A stretch of DNA of 64,000 bases from Candidatus Latescibacterota bacterium (GCA_965207885.1 OZ242311.1:4992001-5056000); one strand, 5' to 3'; positions 43,053 through 53,688 are shown, numbered from the stretch's first letter. Notes: a model not told the origin generated them from the sequence alone. Translations and numbers: made by a program.

Positions 43053-43659
43053 CCCAGCATTCGAACCCATTGAAGATGACCCCGGCCTTCCCCGCGTACT
43101 GATCATTGGGGACTCCATCTCCATTGGCTATACCGTGCCCGTGCGCGAACTGCTCAAAGGCAAAGCCAACCTCCACCGCCCGCTCACCAACTGCGGACCG
43201 ACAAAGCGCGGCATAGAAGAAATCGAAAACTGGCTCAATGACGGTTCCTGGGATGTCATCCACTTCAACTGGGGCTTACACGACATCGTTCACATGAAAG
43301 AAAACGGAGAACGCGTTGATTCCCCGCAAGGCCAACACCAGGTGCCTGCCGACCAATACGAAGAAAACCTCGACACCCTGGTCAAACGCCTCGCACAAAC
43401 CGGTGCCAAACTAATCTGGTGCACCACCACACCGGTTCCCGAAGGCGCGTCCTTCCGCAAACCCGGCGACGAAGTTGAATACAACGCCATCGCACAAAAA
43501 GTCATGGCTGCACACGGCATTCCCACACATGACCTCTATACATACGCTATAGAACGCCTTGACGATATACAACTCCCCGCCAACGTGCATTTTTCAAAAG
43601 AAGGCTCTGCTACACTGGCTAAATCTGTTGCGCAACATATCCTGGATGTGTTGGCCTGA
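43045..43659 (+). CDS. SGNH/GDSL hydrolase
   Basis: IGDSIS, FNWGLHD, NVHF. Confidence 0.9.
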   Translation: MNNPAFEPIEDDPGLPRVLIIGDSISIGYTVPVRELLKGKANLHRPLTNCGPTKRGIEEIENWLNDGSWDVIHFNWGLHDIVHMKENGERVDSPQGQHQVPADQYEENLDTLVKRLAQTGAKLIWCTTTPVPEGASFRKPGDEVEYNAIAQKVMAAHGIPTHDLYTYAIERLDDIQLPANVHFSKEGSATLAKSVAQHILDVLA

Positions 43660-43766
43660 GCTGCCTTAAAATTATCAGTAAGTCCTTGAAAATTAAAGCT
43701 CGGATGAGCTTTTGATGAAATTTTCATTGCAAATCCGGGCTTGTATTTTATCGCATTCCAACACGT

Positions 43767-45647
43767 TTATCCAGAAGTGCCAAAGCTGGCGGTAAAGATC
43801 AGAAAATCCTCGAACCCAATCGTCCCATCGCCATCCAGATCGTACCTGGCGTCGTAACCAGAATCGCCTCGACTGGTCCCGAATTTCTCTACAAATGCCA
43901 GGAAATCTGTAAAATCGACCCGCCCATTTCTATCAAAGTCGGGCGTTTTCGCCACCCATTCAGATATATCCCACAGCTTGATCGTTCCATCATAAGACCC
44001 TGAAGCGAGCGTCTTACCATCGGGCGAAAAGACCACTGAAGTGACAGTCCCCGTATGCCCTCTAAGTGTAGAGATATTTTCTCCTGTCGAAACGTCCCAC
44101 AGCCTGATCAATCCATTCCTTCCCCCTGAAACGAGCACTGTCCCATCGGACGAAAAGACCACTGAAGCGAGATAACCTGTATGCCCTGTAAGGGTAGAGA
44201 TATTTTTTCCTGTCGAAACGTCCCACAGCCTGGTCGTTCGATCCCATCCCCCTGAAGCGAGCGTCTTACCATCGGGCGAAAAGACCACATCATAGACACG
44301 ACGATCTGGCCATGGGTGAGAAAATGTAGAGATATTTTTTCCTGTCGAAACGTCCCACAGCCTGGTCGTTCGATCCCATCCCCCTGAAGCGAGCATCCTA
44401 CCATCGGGCGAAAAGACTACTGAGTTGACATTCTCCGTATGCCCTGTAAGGGTAGAGATATTTTTTCCTGTCGAAACGTCCCACAGCTTGATCGTTCCAT
44501 CATAAGACCCTGAAGCGAGCATCCTACCATCGGGCGAAAAGACTACTGAGTTGACATCCTCCGTATGCCCTGTAAGGGTAGAGATATTTTTTCCTGTCGA
44601 AACGTCCCACAGCTTGATCGTTTTATCTCCTGACCCTGAAGCAAACATCCTGCCATCGGGCGAAAAGACCACTGAATAGGTAGACCAGTCATGCCCTATA
44701 CGGGTAAAGATATTTTTTCCTGTCGAAACGTCCCACAGCCTGATCGTTCCAAATACTGAAGCGAGTATCCTACCATCGGGGGAAAAGGCTATATCACTGA
44801 TACCACCCGCATGCCCGGGGAGAAAAAATGTAGAGATAATTTCTCCTGTCGAAACGTCCCACAGCCAGATTATTTCCTGTTCCCCTCCTGAAGCGAGCGT
44901 CTTACCATCGGGCGAATACGCCACTGATCTGATAGAACTATAACTCTCAAGTCCTGGTCCTGTAAGGGTAGAGATATTTTCTCCTGTCGAAACGTCCCAC
45001 AGCTTGATCGTTCCATCAAAAGACCCTGAAGTAAGTGTCTTACCATCGGACGAATACGCCACTGAAGTGACGACATTCGAATGTCCTGTAAGGGTAGAGA
45101 TATTTTCTCCTGTCGAAACGTCCCACAGCTTGACCGTGTCATCATGAGACCCTGAAGCAAGCGTCTTACCATCGGGCGAAAAGACTACAGACTCGATAGT
45201 ATTCGGAAACCTCCTTCTACCATAAGTATTATACCCTATAAGGGTAGAGATATTTTCTCCTGTCGAAACGTCCCACAGCTTGATCGTTCCACCCGTTGAT
45301 CCTGAAGCGAGCGTCTTACTATCGGACGAAAAGGCTACAGACCAGACACTACCCCTATACCCTTTACGATTTCTAAGATTTTCTCCTACCTTAACGTCCC
45401 ATAACTTTTCTCCTGTCGCAACGTCAAACAGCCTGATCCCTCCAGGCCATACCCCTGAAGCGAGCATTGTCCCATCGGGCGAAAAGGCCACTGATCTGAC
45501 CTTATCTGCAGTATCACGCCCTGCAAAGGTGGCAATAAGGTTATTTCCATAACAGGGTGCAGTGAAAAATAGTTGCGATAGAGCCAACGGAAACGCCAAC
45601 GTGAGAATAGCTTTGCCTGCGCGGGTAGAAATGAGTTTGAAACGCAT
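43767..45647 (-). CDS. Secreted WD40-repeat protein with C-terminal dockerin-like domain
   Basis: Signal-like N-terminus; about 12 GH..V.SVVFSPDG..LASG..D..I.LWD repeats; DFDRNG.VDFTDFL..FG..YDLDGDG. Confidence 0.92.
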   Translation of the reverse strand: MRFKLISTRAGKAILTLAFPLALSQLFFTAPCYGNNLIATFAGRDTADKVRSVAFSPDGTMLASGVWPGGIRLFDVATGEKLWDVKVGENLRNRKGYRGSVWSVAFSSDSKTLASGSTGGTIKLWDVSTGENISTLIGYNTYGRRRFPNTIESVVFSPDGKTLASGSHDDTVKLWDVSTGENISTLTGHSNVVTSVAYSSDGKTLTSGSFDGTIKLWDVSTGENISTLTGPGLESYSSIRSVAYSPDGKTLASGGEQEIIWLWDVSTGEIISTFFLPGHAGGISDIAFSPDGRILASVFGTIRLWDVSTGKNIFTRIGHDWSTYSVVFSPDGRMFASGSGDKTIKLWDVSTGKNISTLTGHTEDVNSVVFSPDGRMLASGSYDGTIKLWDVSTGKNISTLTGHTENVNSVVFSPDGRMLASGGWDRTTRLWDVSTGKNISTFSHPWPDRRVYDVVFSPDGKTLASGGWDRTTRLWDVSTGKNISTLTGHTGYLASVVFSSDGTVLVSGGRNGLIRLWDVSTGENISTLRGHTGTVTSVVFSPDGKTLASGSYDGTIKLWDISEWVAKTPDFDRNGRVDFTDFLAFVEKFGTSRGDSGYDARYDLDGDGTIGFEDFLIFTASFGTSG

Positions 45648-45785
45648 GATGGTTACTCCGTTTTAGTGTATAGTGTAGAAGGTTCTATAGGATGGGGAAG
45701 TGGTCCCATACGGTAAAAAGTTCAGTGAGTGCATCAGTCGGGCAACCACAAATCACTACTTTTGACAATATCTCGGAAGCGCGAT

Positions 45786-47723
45786 TTATGACCTTTCTTC
45801 ACCAAAGACGTTGGCGAAGAGCAGAAAATCGCTAAACCCAATCCTGCCATCCCCATCCAGATCATACCGCGCGTCATACCCTGCATCCCCCTGGCTCAAC
45901 CCGAACTGTGCCACAAATAGCAAAAAATCGCCAAAGCCAACCGTGCCATCGCCGTCGAAGTCAGACGGAAGCATTTGAGATGTGATATACAGCGTATCCC
46001 ACAGCAGAACAGTGCCGTCCGCACTTCCGCTTGCTAGGGTCTGCCCATCCGGACTAAACGAGACGCTCCTGACCCAAGCCGTATGGCCTGTGAGTGTGCG
46101 AAGAGGGCTGCCTGTCCTCATATCCCATAAACGGATGGTATTGTCAAAACTCCCGCTTGCCAAAATCTGCCCATCCGGACTAAACGAGACGCTATTGACC
46201 CAAGCCGTATGGCCTGTAAGTGTGCGAAGAGGGCTGCCCGTGCTCACTTCCCATAAACGGATGGTATTGTCCCTACTCCCGCTTGCCAAAATCTGCCCAT
46301 CCGGACTAAACGAAATGCTCAAGACCTGCCCCGTATGGCCTGTGAGTGTGCGAAGAGGGCTGCCTGTCCTCATATCCCATAAACGGATAGTATCGTCCTG
46401 ACTCCCGCCTGCCAAAATCTGTCCATCCGGACTAAACGAGACGCTCCAGACCCAAGCCGTATGGCCTGTAAGTGTGCGAAGAGGGCTGCCTGTCCTCATA
46501 TCCCATAAACCGATGGTATTGTCACTACTCCCACTTGCCAAAATCTGCCCATCCGGACTAAACGAAATGCTCAAGACATTCTCCGTATGGTCTGTGAGTG
46601 TGCGAAGATGGCTGCCCGTGCTCACTTCCCATAAACGGATGGTATTGTCAAAACTCCCGCTTGCCAAAATCTGTCCATCCGGACTAAACGAGACGCTCCA
46701 GGCATGCCCCGTATGGCCTGTGAGTGTGCGAAGATGGCTGCCCGTGCTCACTTCCCATAAACGGATGGTATTGTCAAAACTCCCGCTTGCCAAAATCTGT
46801 CCATCCGGACTAAACGAAATGCTCAAGACATTCTCCGTATGGTCTGTGAGTGTGCGAAGATGGCTGCCCGTGCTCACTTCCCATAAACGGATGGTATTGT
46901 CCCTACTCCCACTTGCCAAAATCTGTCCATCCGGACTAAACGAGACGCTCCTGACCACATGCGTATGGCCTGTGAGTGTGCGAAGATGGCTGCCCGTGCT
47001 CACTTCCCATAAACGGATGGTATCGTCACTACTCCCACTTGCCAAAATTTGTCCATCTGGGCTAAACGATACACTCCGGACACTCCCCGTATGGCCTGTG
47101 AGTGTGCGAAGATGGCTGCCCGTGTTCACTTCCCATAAATCGATGGTATTGTCAAAACTCCCGCTTGCCAAAATCTGTCCATCCGGACTAAACGAGACGC
47201 TCGTGACACTCCCCGTATGGCCTGTGAGTGTGCGAAGATGGCTGCCCGTGCTCACTTCCCATAAACGGATGGTATCGTCACTACTCCCACTTGCCAAAAT
47301 CTGTCCATCCGGACTAAACGAGACGCTCGTGACACTCCCCGTATGGCCTGTGAGTGTGCGAAGATGGCTGCCCGTGCTCACTTCCCATAAACGGATGGTA
47401 TCGTCACTACTCCCACTTGCCAAAATTTGTCCATCTGGGCTAAACGATACACTCCAGACAACCTCTGTATGGCCTGTGATCAAGGAAAGTTCTTCACCAG
47501 TCTGTGTATCGTAGAGCCAAATACCGATGCTGCTTCCAACGGCAAGACGTGTTCCATCCGGAGAGTACGCGATTTCGGATATCCGGCCTTTTCCCAGGCG
47601 TGCTTTTGCACCTTCAGGTAGATGCCACATATTCCCTACAGAGGCGGTCTGGGCAAAGCTTTCCTGCACAAACAGGGCCATAACCAACAAGATAGGGAGA
47701 TGGAACAATCGGTTCTTTTTCAT
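45786..47723 (-). CDS. Secreted WD40-repeat protein with 12 near-identical 42-aa repeats and dockerin-like domain
   Basis: Signal peptide ending SFA-Q; 126-bp tandem units; DFDGDGTVGFGDFLLF tail. Confidence 0.93.
   Translation of the reverse strand: MKKNRLFHLPILLVMALFVQESFAQTASVGNMWHLPEGAKARLGKGRISEIAYSPDGTRLAVGSSIGIWLYDTQTGEELSLITGHTEVVWSVSFSPDGQILASGSSDDTIRLWEVSTGSHLRTLTGHTGSVTSVSFSPDGQILASGSSDDTIRLWEVSTGSHLRTLTGHTGSVTSVSFSPDGQILASGSFDNTIDLWEVNTGSHLRTLTGHTGSVRSVSFSPDGQILASGSSDDTIRLWEVSTGSHLRTLTGHTHVVRSVSFSPDGQILASGSRDNTIRLWEVSTGSHLRTLTDHTENVLSISFSPDGQILASGSFDNTIRLWEVSTGSHLRTLTGHTGHAWSVSFSPDGQILASGSFDNTIRLWEVSTGSHLRTLTDHTENVLSISFSPDGQILASGSSDNTIGLWDMRTGSPLRTLTGHTAWVWSVSFSPDGQILAGGSQDDTIRLWDMRTGSPLRTLTGHTGQVLSISFSPDGQILASGSRDNTIRLWEVSTGSPLRTLTGHTAWVNSVSFSPDGQILASGSFDNTIRLWDMRTGSPLRTLTGHTAWVRSVSFSPDGQTLASGSADGTVLLWDTLYITSQMLPSDFDGDGTVGFGDFLLFVAQFGLSQGDAGYDARYDLDGDGRIGFSDFLLFANVFGEERS
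45995..47480. repeat. 126-bp tandem repeat array encoding WD40 blades
   Basis: Recurrent ...GCCAAAATCTG(T/C)CCATCCGGACTAAACGA...GTATGGCCTGTGAGTGTGCGAAGA... at 126-bp period. Confidence 0.92.
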
Positions 47724-47881
47724 CTGAACAGTTTTCCTTTCAGACGGATGTGTGGGTGACATAATGCAGTTCCTTTCTAACTACTCAGCGTGTGTCAAAA
47801 CTCCAAATGTCATCGCAGATTGGGCAGATTATCTTTTGGATGTGCAAGAGGTGAGCTTTGACAATATCTCGGAAGCGCGAT

Positions 47882-48295
47882 TTATGACCTTTCTTCACTA
47901 AAGGCGTTGGCGAAGAGCAGAAAATCGCTAAACCCAATCAGACCATCTCTATCCAGATCATACCGCGAGTCATACCCTGCATCCCCCTGGCTCAACCCGA
48001 ACTGTGCCACAAATAGCAAAAAATCGCCAAAGCCAACCGTGCCATCGCCGTCGAAGTCAGACGGAAGCATTTGAGATGTGATATACAGCGTATCCCACAG
48101 CAGAACCGTGCCATCAGCAGTTCCAGAGGCCAGCTTTGTCCCATCTGGCGAAAACGACACAGACGACGACGCAGCCGCATGCTTAAAGTTGCTCCTAGCA
48201 CGGCTATCTTGCACGATCAGAAAACTGACCAACAGGAGGGTAAGCTTGAGGCTGATTACCGGAAAAAAGACAGAATGAAGAATGAGCTTTTTCAT
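47882..48295 (-). pseudogene. Internally collapsed WD40-dockerin paralog (signal peptide, partial last blade, dockerin-like tail)
   Basis: 47857-48116 nearly identical to 45761-46020; only one partial WD40 repeat remains. Confidence 0.7.
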
Positions 48296-48429
48296 GGGAC
48301 TATCCTTATAACTCAAGTTGTGTGGTATAAAGGGGACTGTGGCCATGTTTTGACAGACAGCTCAATTTTTGGTAAAAAACTTGTGTTTCATACTGCGCAT
48401 CGTCCTGATAGGAATCCTAACATTTATCT

Positions 48430-49626
48430 TAAAGTACACGACAAAAAATAAAAGACCTGTGCAAAACGTGAAAAAGAGTTAGGTTTGAATGTGTGAAAAC
48501 GAACCTTCTCATCTCAACAAGGCACAGGTCTATGTCTCGTCAAGTTATACAACTTCACCATGTATTGCAAGGCCATTTTGGGTGGCATAAAGCACGCATC
48601 ACTTTCACAGCGGCCTTCATCTTGTCTTTGGTCAAGCTGAGCAGGGTCAACTTCGCCAAATTGGCTAATGCGCTAAATGGACAGGTCAAACCGCAATCAA
48701 ATTACCGCAGGATACAGCGTTTTTTCGCTGAGTTTGACATTCCTTATGAAGCCGTGACGCGACTGATCTTGCACTTATTACCTATAAAGACCGATTTTGC
48801 AGTCTCAATAGATCGCACTAATTGGAAGTTAGGCAAATTCAATATCAACATCCTAACCGCAGGCATTATCTATGAAGGGGTCGCCTTTCCTATGTGTTGG
48901 CACTTGTTAAAAAAACGAGGCAATTCCAATAGTGATGAGCGTATCAATTTGATGAAACAGGTGCTTACGCGCATTCCCAAGTCTCATATCCGCGTTGTAT
49001 TGGCAGATAGAGAATTCATTGGAAGAGAATGGTTTGCGTGGTTAGACACACAAAACATCCCTTTTGTCATCCGCATCAAGGAAAATGCCCTTGTCTCAAG
49101 GGCAGATAGAGAGATACCCATAAAAAAACTCTTTGAAAATTTGCACATCCATCAGCAGGTCAGCCTACAAAGACCTCGCCGCGTTTATGACCTACCTGTG
49201 TATGTGTCTGCGCTAAGATTGAAGGATCAATACCTCATTCTTGCAAGCAACCAACAACGTCAAGTCGCATTGGAGGTGTATAAAAAACGTTGGGGCATTG
49301 AAGTCCTTTTTGCAAATTTGAAAAGTCGAGGATTTAATCTGGAAGAGACCCACCTTATACATCAAGATCGCATTGAAAAACTCATCGCGCTTTTGGCTAT
49401 TGCCTGCACCTGGGCCCATATCATCGGCGAATGGATCGCCCTTACAAAACCTTTGAAGGTCAAAAACCACGGACGGATGGAAAAAAGTCTCTTCCGATAT
49501 GGGTTGGACTATTTGCAGTATGTCCTGCTCAATATACACCAACAAGCCCAGCAGTTCCTCAAATGCATTCGTTTACTGATTAATCCGCCAGATTTTAACC
49601 CGATTTAGGTTTTGTCGTGTACTATG
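48430..49626 (+). mobile_element. IS4-like insertion sequence, 1197 bp, with 9-bp TSD
   Basis: Terminal IR core AGTACACGACAAAA / TTTTGTCGTGTACT; CATTTATCT at 48421-48429 and 49627-49635. Confidence 0.92.
48493..49608 (+). CDS. IS4-family DDE transposase
   Basis: IDRTNW, LADREF, YKKRWGIE..F..LKS (YREK-like). Confidence 0.93.
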   Translation: MKTNLLISTRHRSMSRQVIQLHHVLQGHFGWHKARITFTAAFILSLVKLSRVNFAKLANALNGQVKPQSNYRRIQRFFAEFDIPYEAVTRLILHLLPIKTDFAVSIDRTNWKLGKFNINILTAGIIYEGVAFPMCWHLLKKRGNSNSDERINLMKQVLTRIPKSHIRVVLADREFIGREWFAWLDTQNIPFVIRIKENALVSRADREIPIKKLFENLHIHQQVSLQRPRRVYDLPVYVSALRLKDQYLILASNQQRQVALEVYKKRWGIEVLFANLKSRGFNLEETHLIHQDRIEKLIALLAIACTWAHIIGEWIALTKPLKVKNHGRMEKSLFRYGLDYLQYVLLNIHQQAQQFLKCIRLLINPPDFNPI

Positions 49627-49641
49627 CATTTATCTATAAAC

Positions 49642-49656
49642 GCAAAAAGTGTGCCA
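49642..49656 (-). promoter_or_regulatory. Sigma54 -24/-12 promoter facing the WD40 array
   Basis: TGGCAC-ACTTT-TTGC on the minus strand. Confidence 0.85.
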
Positions 49657-49728
49657 GTGTGAATAAATCCGAACTATTATACTCGTAAGATGTTATTTTT
49701 AATTAGGATAGAATTATTAATAAAAAAA

Positions 49729-49790
49729 GAGCCAGACTTATCTTATATTTTCGAGAACATATATGATCCCAAAAATAATCAGTCTGACTC
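49729..49790. promoter_or_regulatory. Candidate upstream activator (enhancer) inverted repeat
   Basis: GAGCCAGACT...AGTCTGACTC; homologous to 53412-53471. Confidence 0.6.
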
Positions 49791-49847
49791 TTAAGTATTT
49801 TAATAATAGTACTTTAACAATAAAAGAACATATATGGTCCTAAAAGA

Positions 49848-52800
49848 TCATATATGTTCTTTATCCGGGCGTTTGATACCCAGTTTTCTCATTTTCCCAT
49901 ATAACGTCCCAGGGTTTAGTCCCAGCAATGCTGCCGCTCCTCCGACTCCCTTTATTTTCCAATTGGTGGCTTTAAGCATTTCGAGGATATAGCGTCGATC
50001 ATGTTCATCCAAAGACACGACTTCTCGGTCTTGTGGAGTGGGTAAGGTGCTCCTCCTAGGAGGTGAGGCTGTGATTTGAGAACTAATCATTCCAAGATCA
50101 CCCACTTCGATTTGAGAACCGCTGCACACGATTACGGCGCGTTGTATAGTATGCTCTAATTCTCGCACATTGCCTGGCCAATCATAGGCTTGCAGCACTT
50201 CTATCACCTCTACTGTCAAAGGGGCAATTTGCTTATCCAGATGCGCTGCCATTCGATTCTTGAAAAACTCGGCCAGGTCTGGTATATCCTCCTTGCGCTC
50301 GCGCAGAGACGGCAAATACATCGGAAAGGCATTGAGGCGATAATAGAGATCCTCGCGGAAAGTACCTGTGCTGACCATCTCCTTCAAGTCGCGATTCGTC
50401 GCTGCCACAATCCGCGCTTGTATCCTCAGCGTCTCGCTACCCCAACGCGCTCAAACGTGCCCTCTTCCAGCAAGCGCAACATCCTGGCCTGCGTTTCCAG
50501 AATCATGTCGCCGACCTCATCCAAAAAGAGCGTGCCGCCCTTAGCCAGTTCTACCTTGCCCAGCTTGCGAGACACTGCGCTGGTAAACGCGCCCTTCTCG
50601 TGACCAAACAGTTCACTATCAATCAACGTCGCTGGCAGTGCACCGCAGTTGACCTGCATAAATGGACCATCGCACTTGGCACTCAGCGCGTGTAACACCC
50701 GTGCAGCCAATCCCTTGCCCACACCCGTCTCGCCTTTAAACAGTACTGCAAGATTAGTAGATGCGACCTGTCTAAGCTGAATTTGAAACGCGTGAAAAGC
50801 TGCACTCTGACCGATGAATTCTTTGCCAACGCCATCCGTACTGTTGATTATGGAAGTCAGTGCACTGATGCGCGGGTCCATCTCCACCGAAAGCTGCGCC
50901 TGTGCGATCTCTGAATAATTGAGGTCGCGATCTATCGCCTGGACCTGAAACGTGTACTCACCCGGCGGCAAGTCCCGGTAATGTGCCCGCATCTTTCGCG
51001 TCGCAGGCTGCCAGTCGGTATCGTATCCCTCCAAGCGATAGACATAGAGCATGTCGCGGGGATGGGTGGAAAAACTTGTGCCTTTATACTCGAAAATCAT
51101 CTGCTGAACTGTGGTAGATGCGATGATGTCCTGCGGGTTCTCATAGACCTGATCGGCTATCACTTTAAGCAGGCGAATCCGGGGAAGAACTTGTCGCAGA
51201 CGGTAGCGCACCAGAGAATTCAGAATTGTACCGAACCAGAAATTTCCATCGCGATCTTCAAGTATATGGGAAACCGGTTCTATATGCGGTGATTTGATGG
51301 TCTGAAAATGCTGGCCATCGTAGTGAACTACGCCTCCGTCTGTGCCGAGCCAGAGGTGGCCTCGAGAATCCTCGAACAAGCAATGGAGACGATTGCTCGG
51401 CAAACCGTCTTTCGTCGTGAAGGTCTGGAAGGCAACGCCATCAAAGCGACAAAGACCACTCTGAGTGGCGATCCACAGGTTGTCATCGCGGTCTAAGAGC
51501 AGGTCAGTGACACTGCCGTCTATCAGCCCGTCTTCAATCCCATAAAATTTAAGACCACCTTCGGGATGCCAGAGCGCGAAACCCTTGCCAGTACCTGAGA
51601 AATTTTCTTGAGAGAGATGAAAATAGATCTCGCCGTTGTGCCCGGCAATCACAGTGCCAATGCGGCTGAAAGGATCTTTCTTCTCCTCCTCCACAAAAAT
51701 GGTTTGAAACTCCTCGCCTTGCTGATAAATAATCTTCACGGGGCTATCAAAAAGGTCCTCTTTTCCTTTTTTAGAGCCGTTTTCCCAATACCCAAAAAGG
51801 AATCCCCCTTGCGAGTCCTGAGCAATCGCACAAACACTGCTTTCGCCTAAACCCGCGATTGTTTCTATTTTTTCAACCTTCTGCCCTTCGTAGCGGAACA
51901 GGCCATTGCGACCGCCAAACCACAGGTACCCGTCGTGATCCTCGTAGATGGCAAAACAGTTGTTGATATCAAAGTCATTACCGGTGCCTGCGAATGCAAA
52001 GTGCTCCCTATCGAAGCGAAAGACACTCTCGGTTAAACGGTTGATATTAGGAGACGCATACCCGCCCCATATATCACCTCGACAGTCTTGCACAATCTGT
52101 GAGATCTCATACACTCTATTGGATGGCTCTTCACTGGGACCGAAAACACTGATACTATACGCATCGTAAAGGCCGACGCCACCCCAGGTGGCGAACCACA
52201 ACTGATGCTCGCGATCCTGGAACACAGCTTTAACCGCGGGATGAGGCAGGCCATCAGCAGGAGTAAACTTGCTGAACCCACCTCCGTCCAGATAGAGCGC
52301 CCCATTCGCGGTGCAGAACCACATCCGACCTTCTCGATCGCTCTGAATTTTGCGCAGTGCGCCACCTAAATCTGTCTGAACAGACTGGAAGGTGCCATCG
52401 GCATAGCACCAGAGTCTATCTCCATATCCAGGCCGACCGACCCACACCTTGCCGGTATGGTCCTGCCCCACGGCATAGCTCGTCCTGCCTGGAGGAAAAC
52501 CCTCTTTCTCCTCATAGCGATAAAAGGATTCACCATCAAAGCGGATGAGGTAGTCAAAGCCAAACCACAGATGGCCTTCCATATCCTGGGCAATACCCCG
52601 ACATTTGTTGGGCCATTGAGGACAAGGTGGCTGCTCGTAGTCTTGCAGGTAGAGCGAAATCAAGTCGTGGAACACAGCGCCGTCGTAATATCCCAGAGTC
52701 CTGTGACCGCCACACCATATACGCCCTTCACTGTCTTCATAAATGAACTCCACAGCACGGCCTGCGATGCCGTCGTCCTCCAAATGGTGGAAATCTACTC

Positions 52801-53071
52801 CGTCGTACCAGCAGACGCCATTTAATGTGCCGAACCACAACCGGTTCTGACTATCCTTAAAAATAAAATAGACATGGTCGTTAATAAGACCGTCCTGCCG
52901 GGTAAAATGCTGAAACTCGTCTCCATCAAAGCGGCTGGCACCGTTGTTCCATGTAGCGAACCAGAGGTAACCTTCGCTATCTTCGGCAATGTGTTCAATG
53001 CGCACTCCGGCCAGACCATCGGCTATGGAATAAGTCCGCCAGGTGCCCGTTTGGTCAAGTGGTTTGGTCAT
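49848..53071 (-). CDS. Sigma54-dependent activator with N-terminal regulator beta-propeller and Y_Y_Y domains; -1 frameshift at about 50440-50443
   Basis: EDSEG.LWF.T repeats, [44 protein letters not shown]; then [24 protein letters not shown], Fis HTH; adding one G restores [18 protein letters not shown]. Confidence 0.88.
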
Positions 53072-53321
53072 GGAAAGAACCTTGTGATATGGAGAAAAAA
53101 CGGGTTCATAGTGTATCTCACATTTGCAAACTAAATAATAAACATGAGTGCCAAATATCCAAATACAAATTGCTCCTTAATCATTTGCCAAAATTTCCTT
53201 CTTTGTCTCCCCTTGCTTTTAACCTGGAGTAACGGCTGCAACCGATAGACAGATAGGAAATTCAGTCTCGGGTCTGCGTTATCTATTTTCAGGATAAAAT
53301 CTTTAATTTTCTCATTAGAAC

Positions 53322-53336
53322 GCAAAAAGTGTGCCA
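53322..53336 (-). promoter_or_regulatory. Sigma54 -24/-12 promoter facing the activator gene
   Basis: TGGCAC-ACTTT-TTGC, identical to the copy at 49642-49656. Confidence 0.85.
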
Positions 53337-53411
53337 CTGTGAATTGATTCGAATAATTATATTCGTAAAGTGTTACTTTTAATTGGGATAAAATTGTTAT
53401 TTTCAAAAAAA

Positions 53412-53471
53412 AGCCAGACTGAATTTTATATCAAGGGGCAATACATCGCCTCAGATATAATCAATCTGGCT
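53412..53471. promoter_or_regulatory. Candidate upstream activator inverted repeat (second copy)
   Basis: AGCCAGACTGA...TCAATCTGGCT, same 60-bp span as the first copy. Confidence 0.6.
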
Positions 53472-53688
53472 CGTATAATACTTCTTATCAAATATTTATG
53501 TAAATTGGACGAAATTTCGCCCTTAAGGGCGTTTAAGGCCCGTCTTTTTTATTTTAGTAATTGCGTTTGGGCAGCAAGGGAATCAGCTATTGCCATTGCG
53601 CTTTGGTTACATTTGTCGGATATTGCCTGTGTATTCATCGCTTCTTTTTTTTAAAAATAATTTTAAAACAGCTTCTCAGGAGTTTTAC

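Noticed and set aside
45995-47480. Regular repeat with variable segments resembling a CRISPR array or DGR
   Set aside because: The period is 126 bp, in frame and encodes WD40 blades; there are no unique spacers, cas genes or reverse transcriptase in the window
46474-47514. 346-aa plus-strand ORF with repeats
   Set aside because: Antisense shadow of the WD40 array
47787-48361. TGTCAAAAC / GTTTTGACA inverted motifs flanking the truncated WD40 gene as MITE ends
   Set aside because: Only about 9 bp match and no target duplication is evident
53131-53654. Short ORFs in the AT-rich intergenic region
   Set aside because: They overlap the sigma54 promoter/enhancer block and show no recognisable motifs
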